Part shown: piece after piece, positions 44,588 to 53,485 of the stretch
Layout: the number at the start of each line of letters is the position of its first letter
How positions within the stretch are numbered: position 1 is the stretch's first letter
Assembly: GCA_937861115.1 (NCBI GenBank)
Contig: CALMBD010000011.1
Location: forward strand, 985-64,984
DNA: 64,000 nucleotides
From: an uncultured Bacteroidota bacterium
Lineage (GTDB): Bacteria > Bacteroidota > Bacteroidia > Chitinophagales > Saprospiraceae
Direction: 5' to 3'
Notes under the pieces: model-generated
Told to the model about the DNA's origin: nothing
The model's database searches: none
What the model saw: only the letters and a program-made list of their open reading frames with translations
Translations under genes and position numbers: made by a program

Positions 44588-46606
44588 TCAGGCCCGCACC
44601 ACCATCAGTTTGCCGCTTTGCATCCGTCCGTCTTTCAATATCCGGATGGTATAAAAACCTGCTGCAAGGTCGCTGACGATCACGGTGTTTTGCCCGGCCA
44701 CCGGTTTTTCCAGTTTGCGCACGGCCTTGCCCTCCGAGTCATAGATGGTCACGGATTGCACATCGAACGGCAGTTCGAGGATAAACTGCGTACTGGCGGG
44801 GTTGGGGTAATACAGGGCCTGCCACGGTTGCTGCTGCTGCGGGTCGTCTTCAAAGCGGATCGTCGATTTGCCTTCGCAGGTGCTGATGGTGGTATATTCG
44901 GCAATGAGGCGTACGAGCAGTTCGTTGAGCGGTTCCACTTTGTACTCGTCGGTTGTAGGCTCCAGGTGTTTGCCACCTATGCCCGAGTGGTCGGTGAGGA
45001 ATACATAGGTTCCGTTGGTAGCCAGACCGAAGAATTTCATCAGGAATTCAGTGTCTTTCTGGATACCGCTGGCCGTCACCGGCACGATGCGGATGCCGAG
45101 TTTTGCGGCCTCCCGAATGCTTTTTTGCAGACTTGCGTTGACTTCGGGTGTTTGGTGCGGGCTCGCGTCGAGCACGAGGAAGCAAATGCGCGCGATGGCC
45201 TCTTTGCTCCAGTCCTGGAGGTGAATGGCCTCTTCGAGGGCGCTGTGTACCGCTTCGGGGTAGTCGCCGCCGCCGTCGGCCGACTGTTTTTTGATGAAAT
45301 CCACCGTTTTGGCAATATTGCCCGAAAGGCCGCTGCTTGCAGTAATGTAGGCGTCGCTGACATCGCGGTAAAACACGGTGCCCATTCGAAACGACAGACC
45401 GGGGTTGCGTCCTTTGGCGCGACCGATCACGTCGAGCAATTCGGTTTTCAGGTATTCGATCTCGTCGCCCATACTGCCGGTAGCATCAACGGCCCACACG
45501 ATATCGACGTTTTTCGGCGCCTTGCACGCCGCTTCAATCCGGAACCGGTTGATGCCGTCCTTGGCCGGTTTGAGTCGGCCCAGGTCGTGTTTTTGGCCTT
45601 CCACCAGGGCCTCTGCCTCCAGGGCGGTAAATTCTTTTTTATCAAACAGTCCGGCCCACAATTCGGCCTTTCCGGTGTTATCCGTTCGGGCTTCCCAGAT
45701 GGTTTCGCCTGCACTTTTGAGGGTCACGGCGACATCTGCCAGGGGAAAATCCTGTTCGGTTGTCAACAGTACCGTGAAGCGTTGTTTTGGGAAAAAGCCG
45801 TACATGTTCTGATAGGTGTCGATCTCGCCGTCGGCCAGCAGATCGGCCCAGTGACGGTTCCAGTTGTGCAAGTCGCTCCATTCGCCTGCTGTGAGCAATC
45901 CCGCGCGAGGGCTGGGCTGGGCTGGGGCACCCGGAGGCGGGGCGGCTTTTGTCTCATCGGCAACTATGGTAACTTCTTCGTAGGATTTGTAGTCGTCCGG
46001 GGCCTCGAAAGTGTAGGTGACGTCTTTTCGAGCACCATCTATCACCACTTTATCGGCAGCCGGCGCGCGTTTGGCCTTGGAGGCAGGCTCTGCCTTCAAC
46101 ATGGTCGCCCTGGTTTTGGCGGCCCGCTCTGTTTCCCGCTTTTCCCGGACGGCAATTTCATCGTATTTTACGGCTATATCCGGCTCGGGTGACCGCAACT
46201 CATCGGCAGTTAACACGCCGGGTTTCGAATGTCCGTTCCCGGGCAGGCTGCCGTATTGCTGGACAACCGTTTCTTCCAGTCCATCCTCCTTTTCCAGGAA
46301 AAAATCGAGCACATTGTTCGTATTCTCCCGGACGGGCACATCCACATAACGCCGGGTGGCAAAGCCGGCTGCGATACATTCCACATCATACATGCCCGGC
46401 GCTACCTCTTGACGGTAAGTGCCGTCCTCTCCCGAGGTAATACCGGCCACCAATTCCCGGCCTTTTTTCATGATCAGAATATTCGCATTTGCCACCGGCC
46501 GGCCGGCAGGGTCGGTTATTTTTCCACTCAGAACAGATTTTTCAACCGGAAGAAACAAGGCTGTAATGGTCAGCCACATGGTGCTGATAAGGAAGGATAA
46601 TTGCAT
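44588..46606 (-). CDS. Secreted von Willebrand factor A-domain protein with an N-terminal CarboxypepD_reg-like domain and a T9SS sorting domain
   Basis: LSGKITDPAGRPVANANILI is CarboxypepD_reg-like. DIVWAVDATGSMGDEIEYLK is the vWA MIDAS DxSxS-type motif. The C-terminus LYYPNPASTQFILELP...GFYTIRILKDG...LMVVRA is a T9SS CTD. Confidence 0.8.
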   Translation of the reverse strand: MQLSFLISTMWLTITALFLPVEKSVLSGKITDPAGRPVANANILIMKKGRELVAGITSGEDGTYRQEVAPGMYDVECIAAGFATRRYVDVPVRENTNNVLDFFLEKEDGLEETVVQQYGSLPGNGHSKPGVLTADELRSPEPDIAVKYDEIAVREKRETERAAKTRATMLKAEPASKAKRAPAADKVVIDGARKDVTYTFEAPDDYKSYEEVTIVADETKAAPPPGAPAQPSPRAGLLTAGEWSDLHNWNRHWADLLADGEIDTYQNMYGFFPKQRFTVLLTTEQDFPLADVAVTLKSAGETIWEARTDNTGKAELWAGLFDKKEFTALEAEALVEGQKHDLGRLKPAKDGINRFRIEAACKAPKNVDIVWAVDATGSMGDEIEYLKTELLDVIGRAKGRNPGLSFRMGTVFYRDVSDAYITASSGLSGNIAKTVDFIKKQSADGGGDYPEAVHSALEEAIHLQDWSKEAIARICFLVLDASPHQTPEVNASLQKSIREAAKLGIRIVPVTASGIQKDTEFLMKFFGLATNGTYVFLTDHSGIGGKHLEPTTDEYKVEPLNELLVRLIAEYTTISTCEGKSTIRFEDDPQQQQPWQALYYPNPASTQFILELPFDVQSVTIYDSEGKAVRKLEKPVAGQNTVIVSDLAAGFYTIRILKDGRMQSGKLMVVRA

Positions 46607-46693
46607 AAAGGAAGGTTTTGGTTTGGAAAATACGGTGTACAGGCAAACGGATGTTCGCGAGCGGGGAAATGCATAAATGGGAAAAGAAAGAAT

Positions 46694-47635
46694 TTACCGC
46701 AACACCGCTTTCCCGATTTTCCACCACACCGACCATTCTTTCTGCACCCGGAAATAGGGCTTTTGTACGGCGCCGAACTGTCGCCGCACGCGTTCGATGG
46801 GTCGGATCATGCTGCCGGCGAAATCAAAAACGGGTACCTTCAGTACCTCATGGGCGTAGCGAATCGCTTCCCAGGCGATCAGGATACCGGCGCCGGATTG
46901 GCGCAGGGCCGGGTCGTCGCCGGCCAGCAGATACCAGGCCGACTGCGCATCCCAGGCGAGGTAGGCCACCGAATGGATGTCTCCGGTATTCCGGTCGGCG
47001 GCATAAAAAATCTCGCGGCATCCGTGTGCTGCGAGCGCGTCGTCGAGGCGCGCCATGAATTCGGGAGACACCGGCGGATCAAGCCCCTTGCGTTCATAAC
47101 TGAGGTCGTGGACGTCCAGAAAATGTTCGAGCGACAAGCCGGTGCGGACTTCCAGGGTTTCCCGCGCTTTCGGGATTTTCTGGTTGCGGTAGTCGGGGGC
47201 GAGGTTGTCCCACACGGCATCCATATCGCTCAGATCAATCACATAGGAATAACGGGTTGTCTGCCGGAAGCCGCGCCAGTAGAAAGGAAGCCAGTTGACT
47301 GCGCCGTAGTTAAAATCCTGCTCAAAGGCGGCAAGTCCGGCGGGCAACTGATCGATCAGCGCTTCCAGGATGGACGGTTCTTTTTTCGGGGTGCGCAACT
47401 CGGGCAACAGATAGGGTCCCAGCATCCGGGCGAGTTGCGGCATGGCTACATATTGCCAATGCCATTTTTTTTTCAGGAAATAAGGCAGCCCTGCAACAAC
47501 CTGGCCCGCTTGCTCCAGCACGACGGCATCCCAGGTTCCGTCGGCACACACGGCGTCCAAGTACCAGGGCTGCATAAACAGCGGCAGGTCGGGTGCGTTC
47601 CGGCATAAACGGATGTAAGCGTCGCGGTCGGGCAT
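46694..47635 (-). CDS. FemAB-like / GNAT-fold acyltransferase (Acetyltransf_6-like)
   Basis: 313 aa. The N-terminus PLFMQPWYLDAV..DGTWDAVVLE and the C-terminus ...SVAYLAWDAQSAWYLLAGDDP..RQSGAGILIAWEAIRYA...FDFAGS fit the FemAB-like GNAT pattern seen in exopolysaccharide and cell-wall loci. The assignment is tentative. Confidence 0.55.
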   Translation of the reverse strand: MPDRDAYIRLCRNAPDLPLFMQPWYLDAVCADGTWDAVVLEQAGQVVAGLPYFLKKKWHWQYVAMPQLARMLGPYLLPELRTPKKEPSILEALIDQLPAGLAAFEQDFNYGAVNWLPFYWRGFRQTTRYSYVIDLSDMDAVWDNLAPDYRNQKIPKARETLEVRTGLSLEHFLDVHDLSYERKGLDPPVSPEFMARLDDALAAHGCREIFYAADRNTGDIHSVAYLAWDAQSAWYLLAGDDPALRQSGAGILIAWEAIRYAHEVLKVPVFDFAGSMIRPIERVRRQFGAVQKPYFRVQKEWSVWWKIGKAVLR

Positions 47636-47678
47636 AGGGGCAAAGATGAGAAGCCGGCCGTTAATTTTTCAGGACAAA

Positions 47679-48353
47679 CTATTTAACGGTAGCCTGAACG
47701 GAGTGTATCAAAAAACGCTCGCCCCATTTCTTTCGTTCAAAAATGACCGGCACACTGAAGCCGTAACGCATTGCCAGCGCCGATACCCGCACCAGATCAC
47801 AATCTTCAGAAAGGATCATCAGGGTTGTGGATTCGGGATGTATGAAGTCGCCCAGTTGCCGGAACAGTTTGTCGAAGTACTCCAGGTTTTCCCCGGCGAA
47901 AAAGGCCTTTTCAGCGCTATCCTGTGCTTTTCGGGGGTAATATGGCGGGTTGATCAGCACCAGGTCGAAGCGTTGCGGCGGTACGCGGTCGAACAGGTCG
48001 CTTTCTATCGCCTGAATATCCAGGTTGTTTTCCCGTGCATTTCGGCGCGTGGTGTCCACAGCGAGCCGGTTAATATCCACAGCCGTAACCTGCGCACCCT
48101 TTTTCGCGGCAAACAGGGCCAGCACGCCACTGCCGGCGCCGATATCCAGCGCCTTTTTCCCTTGAAAATCAATGTTTTCCAGAAAATCAAGAAAAATAGG
48201 CGTGCTAAAAAACACACCGGGGTGAAATACGCCTTGCGGGATTTCGATACGCAGGCCCGCATACCGGAATACTCGTGTCCGGCGAATATGCCGCAGTGCC
48301 CAGAAGCGGTAAAGGGGGAGCCAGGTATGGCGTAACATAAAGCGAAGTATCAT
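47679..48353 (-). CDS. Class I SAM-dependent methyltransferase (HemK/PrmC-like small-domain type, NPPY motif)
   Basis: Motif I is ALDIGAGSGVLALFAAKKGA. The NPPY catalytic motif is DLVLINPPYY. Confidence 0.75.
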   Translation of the reverse strand: MILRFMLRHTWLPLYRFWALRHIRRTRVFRYAGLRIEIPQGVFHPGVFFSTPIFLDFLENIDFQGKKALDIGAGSGVLALFAAKKGAQVTAVDINRLAVDTTRRNARENNLDIQAIESDLFDRVPPQRFDLVLINPPYYPRKAQDSAEKAFFAGENLEYFDKLFRQLGDFIHPESTTLMILSEDCDLVRVSALAMRYGFSVPVIFERKKWGERFLIHSVQATVK

Positions 48354-48364
48354 GCCACGCCTGA

Positions 48365-48850
48365 TTATTCCTGAATTTTAGATCTTATGAACGACTTGAA
48401 TTTATCATCCAGCCAGAATCCGGCAACATCTTCCAGTTCCTGGATAACCGGCATCACAGATTCAATCATATTATTCTCTTTTGCAAGGATTAGCGTGCCG
48501 ATGAGACCGATTGTCTTTAGTCCCGATTCTTTTGCCCACCGCGTCCCCAGGCGTTCATCAATGAGCAACAAGTCGGCATGTAGTTCTTTTGCCAACACGA
48601 TGGCCTGCGATTCGCCGATATCGATATGCTTAACAAGTTCATTTACGGCATGACTGTCAAAAGGGACTTTAACCGAAATGGCGGTACTGCCTTCATATTC
48701 AGCAATGTCAATTTTAAACTTCTTCAGGGCTTTGATTTCCAGATCGACAGCCGGTGGGATAATTATTTGTCCGTACAACTGCCCCAAGAGGTTCAGGCGA
48801 TGTATTTGAAGCAGGTTTGAAATGGGAGAAGTGTCAGAAACAACAATCAC
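48365..48850 (-). CDS. DUF3368-family PIN-like putative toxin
   Basis: GTG start. MIVVSDTSPISNLLQIHRLNLLGQLYGQIIIPPAV is the characteristic DUF3368 N-terminus. An acidic LIDE segment is present. The gene overlaps the upstream antitoxin stop by 4 nt (GTGA). Confidence 0.7.
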   Translation of the reverse strand: MIVVSDTSPISNLLQIHRLNLLGQLYGQIIIPPAVDLEIKALKKFKIDIAEYEGSTAISVKVPFDSHAVNELVKHIDIGESQAIVLAKELHADLLLIDERLGTRWAKESGLKTIGLIGTLILAKENNMIESVMPVIQELEDVAGFWLDDKFKSFIRSKIQE

Positions 48851-49092
48851 TTGAGGTTGATTTTTGCAATGGTCTCTAAATCATTCAACAGATCTTCTTC
48901 TCCGTAATGGAAAGGAATCTTTCGCCTGGCCAATTCCTTTTGAAATTCCATTTGATGAATACCCGCAAACTGGCTGGCTTGTGCCAGGGTAAGCTTTTCT
49001 TCCTGGAATAGCATGACCGCTATTCGCAAGAGCAACTCGCCTTCAGTCATGCCGACTTTTTGGAAAAATGTATCAGGAATCTGAAGTGTCAT
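48847..49092 (-). CDS. UPF0175-family antitoxin
   Basis: 81 aa. LRIAVMLFQEEKLTLAQASQFAGIHQMEFQKELARRKIP is the UPF0175 HTH-like pattern. The gene sits immediately upstream of, and is translationally coupled to, the DUF3368 gene. Confidence 0.7.
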   Translation of the reverse strand: MTLQIPDTFFQKVGMTEGELLLRIAVMLFQEEKLTLAQASQFAGIHQMEFQKELARRKIPFHYGEEDLLNDLETIAKINLK

Positions 49093-49150
49093 CCTTGTGA
49101 ATTAGATTTTTACAAAAATCGGGGTTTATTCGTTTAAAACAAAATATTCG

Positions 49151-50659
49151 TCAGAACCCCGTATTAATGCGCAGAAAAAAACCGCTTTCACCCCGGTCGT
49201 TCCAGCTCCATTCGAAGCGCGCGGTTTTGTCGTAATACGCCACGATATCGACGCCGAGGCCATAGCCCCATAACAGATGGTTGGCCAGCGGGTTCAGGTC
49301 GTTGTAGTGGGGATCGTTGGCGTAGCCGAAATCGCTGTTCAAAGAGATATATACCTTGAGTGGCAGGCTGCGAAACGCTTCCAGGGGCATAAACTTGCCG
49401 AGATTGAAGGTGCGGCTGAAAGTCTGTATGTGAAAAGCGGTTTTGAGCAGACCGAAGTCGAGTCCGTCGGCCACGTAGTATTCATAACCGCGTACAAAAC
49501 TGCCGCCATAGCCCAGGGCCTGGTTGTTGTTGTAGGGCGGCTTGCCGCGCGGCAGGCTGGCGCGTCCCCGGAAAACGGTTTCCAGGCTGAGGCGTTTGTC
49601 CCAAAAAGGAAAGTACCTGGCCATTTCGACATAAGCCCTGAAAATGTGCAGGTTATCGCCGGGAAGCAGTCCGTTCTGGCGCAGTTCGGCGACGAAAAGC
49701 CAGCCGCTGAGCGGGTAGGGACGGATATCGCGGTAGTCGAAACTTACATTATACAACAGGCTCAGGTGCCGTTGTCTGGTCGAGCCGTTGAGAAAATAGT
49801 CGGGGTTAAAAAAGCGGGCGATAGAGTCGGCAACGGACAATGCGCGATATTCTACCGTAAAACGGTGGGTGGTGAACAGTTTTGGGCGCCACAGTACGCT
49901 GCCGCCGGCCGACAGCTGGATGATCTGCCAGATGTCGGGGTTGACGGTGAAGCGGAGTTTGTTGCCTTCGGTGGCGTAGGCCACTTCGTGCGAACGACTG
50001 TACGATACCCCGAAATCCATGCCGATCGTTTGGTCGCGGTTTATATTTGACCGGCTGTAGCGGAGTTCGTACTTGTTGGAATAACCGAACTGCGTTTTTA
50101 CTTTCAGGTTATCGGCGTTGCCGGTCAGATTCAGTTGGGTCCAGTCGATACCGTAGTTGACGCGCTTGAGGGAGCGGTTGAACTCTTTCCACCATACATT
50201 GAAGTTGCGGTCGGCGAGCTCGAACAGGGGAACCGGATAAACGAACCAGGTTTCGATCAGGGTAATGTGCAGGGTAATATGCTGCGAGGCCAGGTCCCAG
50301 CGTTGTACGTTGATGCGCGCCGTATTGAAGATGCCGAGGTTCATGAGGCGCAGGCCGTTGCGTTCCAGTGTGGCGGCGAGTTCGCTGGTCTTCAGGGAAT
50401 CGCCGGGCGCAAATTCCAGTTCGCGCAGGATAAGTGCGGCGCGGGTTTTGCGGTTGCCCTCCATGGTGATGGAGTCGATATAAACATAGGAGACCGGGAT
50501 GGAGTCCGTTTGTGCATATGTTACTTTTGCAGAGGCAAGCAGTATTAAAACAAACAGGAATAGCCTCCCGGGAAAAAAAGGGCTGTAGTGTTGTTTATGG
50601 CATACACCGGTTTTTGAAGTACTTTTCCCGGACACTGCCTGGGCCCTTGCTGCGCGCAT
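49151..50659 (-). CDS. Omp85/BamA-family outer-membrane protein (POTRA + surface-antigen barrel)
   Basis: The POTRA-like segment reads IDSITMEGNRKTRAALILRELEFAPGDSL. It is followed by a long beta-strand-rich region that ends in the aromatic residue ...FFLRINTGF. The start is uncertain: the track ORF begins at 50719, and I prefer the Met at 50659, upstream of the hydrophobic leader LFLFVLILLASAKVTYAQ. Confidence 0.7.
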   Translation of the reverse strand: MRAARAQAVSGKSTSKTGVCHKQHYSPFFPGRLFLFVLILLASAKVTYAQTDSIPVSYVYIDSITMEGNRKTRAALILRELEFAPGDSLKTSELAATLERNGLRLMNLGIFNTARINVQRWDLASQHITLHITLIETWFVYPVPLFELADRNFNVWWKEFNRSLKRVNYGIDWTQLNLTGNADNLKVKTQFGYSNKYELRYSRSNINRDQTIGMDFGVSYSRSHEVAYATEGNKLRFTVNPDIWQIIQLSAGGSVLWRPKLFTTHRFTVEYRALSVADSIARFFNPDYFLNGSTRQRHLSLLYNVSFDYRDIRPYPLSGWLFVAELRQNGLLPGDNLHIFRAYVEMARYFPFWDKRLSLETVFRGRASLPRGKPPYNNNQALGYGGSFVRGYEYYVADGLDFGLLKTAFHIQTFSRTFNLGKFMPLEAFRSLPLKVYISLNSDFGYANDPHYNDLNPLANHLLWGYGLGVDIVAYYDKTARFEWSWNDRGESGFFLRINTGF

Positions 50660-50871
50660 TTGTTTGGATCGGTTCAGGGAAATTTGAATCAATTTAGTTT
50701 CTAAGTAACTGATTACCAAAAAGTTTAGACATTTGTGATGCTAAAGCCGTACAGATACCGTGCGGGGCAAACTGAATCTTTAATCAAACAGGATAAACCG
50801 CTGACATCGCCTGCATAACGTGTTACAACGCAAAATACGTGTAAAAGGCACAATTTTCGCGGCTTATCTGC

Positions 50872-50879
50872 TACCTTTG
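50872..50879 (+). promoter_or_regulatory. Candidate -7 promoter box for the coiled-coil gene
   Basis: TACCTTTG matches TAnnTTTG and lies 24 nt upstream of ATG 50903. Confidence 0.35.
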
Positions 50880-50902
50880 GTCAAAATGAAAAATATCCGT
50901 TC

Positions 50903-51775
50903 ATGAACGAGCTACTGCTGGACCCGGTTTTTTACTGGCTCGTTTGGGCAATTTTCACGGTGGCGGGTACCATCATCGGATGGTCGCTCAGGGCCCATTT
51001 TTCGGAAAAAGACGTGCGCCGCGCACTCGACCGCAGCGAACACGATCGCAGTATTTTAGCCCGCCTGTACACCCATATCAAACACCAGCACGACCTTCGG
51101 GAAGCTGATTTTAAAAGGGCTTCACTCGAACTCGACAACCTGCGCGATCGCCTCATGGTGCTCGAACAGGAACGCCTGGCGTTCGACCATGCCGAGCAAT
51201 CCTACAACGCCCGTATCGAACAGGCCGACGCCAATGCCGCGCGTTTTGCCGAACGCTTTCGGGCGCTGGAAGAACAAACCAACACCTTGCGCGCGCGCAA
51301 CACCCAACTGAACGTCGACCTGGGCCGTATGCAACAGGAACTCAGCGCCTGGAAAACCCTTTACCGCGACTTTCAGGCCATGCAGCAAAAACTCCTGGCC
51401 GTCGAACTTTCGGCATCCAAACTGGAAGCCGAGCGCAACAACCTGCGTCAGCAACTCGACCTGGCACACGCCGAGATGGAACGCCTGCAAACCATGACCC
51501 GCAGCGGGAGAAGAACCGGTGGCCCCAAAGGCGGTCCGGCCCGTTCGGCGCCCGGCCCCGACAATCCCGACGATCTGAAAACAATCAAAGGCATTACCAC
51601 CCATACCGAGCAACAATTGCACGGACTGGGTATCTACTCGTTTATTCAGATCAGTCACTGGGACGACGACGCTATTATCTCCGCCGCGAAGAAACTGGGC
51701 ATCAGCCCGGGAAAGATATACCAGGACGACTGGGTAGGACAGGCGCGGCAACTCATAGGTGAGGGGCGCATCTAG
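50903..51775 (+). CDS. Membrane-anchored coiled-coil protein with a C-terminal helix-hairpin-helix-like module
   Basis: The N-terminal TM helix is FYWLVWAIFTVAGTIIGWSL. About 170 aa are heptad-like and rich in Q/E/R/L. A Gly/Pro linker follows. The C-terminus reads DDLKTIKGITTHTEQQLHGLGIYSFIQISHW...GKIYQDDWVGQARQL. Confidence 0.6.
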   Translation: MNELLLDPVFYWLVWAIFTVAGTIIGWSLRAHFSEKDVRRALDRSEHDRSILARLYTHIKHQHDLREADFKRASLELDNLRDRLMVLEQERLAFDHAEQSYNARIEQADANAARFAERFRALEEQTNTLRARNTQLNVDLGRMQQELSAWKTLYRDFQAMQQKLLAVELSASKLEAERNNLRQQLDLAHAEMERLQTMTRSGRRTGGPKGGPARSAPGPDNPDDLKTIKGITTHTEQQLHGLGIYSFIQISHWDDDAIISAAKKLGISPGKIYQDDWVGQARQLIGEGRI

Positions 51776-51801
51776 GTCCCGGTATTTAAACTACACCGAT
51801 A

Positions 51802-52506
51802 ATGATTTTAGACCAGAAAATTGCCGTGGTTGCCGGCGGCGCCGGCGGCGTGGGAGAAGGTATTGTCCGCGCCCTCCTCAAAAACGGTGCAACGGTAGTG
51901 GTGCCCTCCCGTACCAAATACAAACTCGACAGGCTTAAGGAATACACCGCGGATATTCCCAGCGGCACCCTGATTACGGTATCGGGCGGTGTGAACACCG
52001 AGGAAAACAGGGTGGAACTATCGAATTATCTTCATAAGGAATTTAAACACCTCGACCTTGCCGTTGCCTCGCTTGGCGGGTGGCGGCAGGGGTACCCGCT
52101 GTACAGTTATCCGCTCGACGAGTGGAACCGTATTATAGCCGACAACCTGACCAGTCACCTGCTTGCCATCAAGGCGCTTGTGCCGATGCTGCATCCGCGT
52201 ACAGGTTCCTATTTCCACATCAACGGGTTCAGCGCCGACGAGGCCTACCCCATGGCAGGCCCCGTGGCGATGATGGCCGCAGCACAAAAGTCGATGATCC
52301 AGACGCTTGCCAAAGAGGTAGACAAAACGGGTATCAACGTCTTTGAATTAATACTCGGGCCCATGAAAACCCGCGACCGCCTGAAACACGGGCACGGACA
52401 GCCGGATTGGTATTTTCCGGAAGAAATAGGCGACTATATCGTCCATCTTGTGGAGGCCCACCTGCAGGAGCAAGTGGTACATTACCTCCTTCGAAAACCC
52501 GATTAG
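51802..52506 (+). CDS. SDR-family oxidoreductase
   Basis: KIAVVAGGAGGVGEGIVRALLKNGATVVV is the TGxxxGxG-like Rossmann motif. The protein is 234 aa. Confidence 0.8.
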   Translation: MILDQKIAVVAGGAGGVGEGIVRALLKNGATVVVPSRTKYKLDRLKEYTADIPSGTLITVSGGVNTEENRVELSNYLHKEFKHLDLAVASLGGWRQGYPLYSYPLDEWNRIIADNLTSHLLAIKALVPMLHPRTGSYFHINGFSADEAYPMAGPVAMMAAAQKSMIQTLAKEVDKTGINVFELILGPMKTRDRLKHGHGQPDWYFPEEIGDYIVHLVEAHLQEQVVHYLLRKPD

Positions 52507-53378
52507 AGCGTCATTGGAACCTCCATCAGGAGCAATTGCGCATTGGAGTCGGCCTGGATGTCGAGCTTTTCCGTATCCCAGATGCCGAGTCCGTCGCGGC
52601 GGTTGAGCGCTTGCCCGTTGATCGTCACGTCGCCGTCGATCACAAAGGCGTACACGCCGTTACCGGCGGCTTTTTTGAGGGTGTATTCTGTTTTGAAGTC
52701 CTTGTCGAGGTGCCCGAGATGGAACCACGCATCCTGGTGTATCCATACGCCGTCGTCGTCGGGGTTGGGCGACAGCAACTGGAACAGGTTGTTTTTCAGT
52801 TTCTCCGTGTCGAGGGTGATCTGGTCGTAGCGGGGCGTTACGTTCCGCTTGTTGGGGAACACCCAAATCTGGAGAAATCGCACGTCCTGATCCTTGTTTT
52901 TGTTGTATTCAGAGTGCCTGATACCCGTACCGGCGCTCATCACCTGGATATCGCCCTGGCGGATCACGGCGGTATTGCCCATCGAGTCGTTGTGCTCCAG
53001 GTCGCCGGAAAGCGGAATCGAAATGATCTCCATATTGTCGTGCGGGTGCGTGCCGAAGCCGCGGCCGGGCGCCACGATATCGTCGTTGAGTACCCGCAAC
53101 ACGCCGAAATGGACGCGCTCCGGGTTGTAATAGTTGGCAAAAGAAAAAGTGTGGTGACTGTCGAGCCAGCCGTGGTCGGCGTGGCCGCGCGTGTCGGCTT
53201 TGTGCAAAACGGTGTTTGCCATGATGTTTGACTCCGTATTTGGAAGGTGATTGAATCCGAGAATTTCGAGCGGCCTCAGTTCGTCGATGCCGTTGCGGGT
53301 CAGGTTGCCCAGCGCCTTTGAAGCGGCAAAGATGCCGACGCCAAAGAGACCTGTTTTGAGAAAATCCTTTCGTTCCAT
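52503..53378 (-). CDS. Pirin-family protein with an N-terminal Tat-like leader
   Basis: The start is at MERKDFLKTGLFGVGIFAASKALG. The pirin core reads GWLDSHHTFSFANYYNP...FGVLRVLNDD...HPHDNMEIISIPLSGDLEHNDSMGN. An internal alternative Met at 53222 would give a leaderless form. Confidence 0.8.
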   Translation of the reverse strand: MERKDFLKTGLFGVGIFAASKALGNLTRNGIDELRPLEILGFNHLPNTESNIMANTVLHKADTRGHADHGWLDSHHTFSFANYYNPERVHFGVLRVLNDDIVAPGRGFGTHPHDNMEIISIPLSGDLEHNDSMGNTAVIRQGDIQVMSAGTGIRHSEYNKNKDQDVRFLQIWVFPNKRNVTPRYDQITLDTEKLKNNLFQLLSPNPDDDGVWIHQDAWFHLGHLDKDFKTEYTLKKAAGNGVYAFVIDGDVTINGQALNRRDGLGIWDTEKLDIQADSNAQLLLMEVPMTL

Positions 53379-53420
53379 GATTTTCGTTTTAATGTGTTGC
53401 AAAATTACAACCACTTGCTA

Positions 53421-53428
53421 TACTTTTG
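53421..53428 (+). promoter_or_regulatory. Candidate -7 promoter box for the HxlR-family regulator gene
   Basis: TACTTTTG matches TAnnTTTG and lies 58 nt upstream of ATG 53486. Confidence 0.3.
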
Positions 53429-53485
53429 CAAGTAGTTACATCTTTGTATATCAGTTTCACTTTTGTAACCTTTGCTGATTATCAG

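Noticed and set aside
44132-46192. 686-aa plus-strand ORF, the longest unexplained ORF in the track
   Set aside because: It runs antisense across the CAT gene and most of the vWA/T9SS gene. The sense frames carry the CAT catalytic motif, the vWA MIDAS motif and a T9SS CTD. The antisense product is featureless, rich in G/R/V/F, and has no plausible start context.
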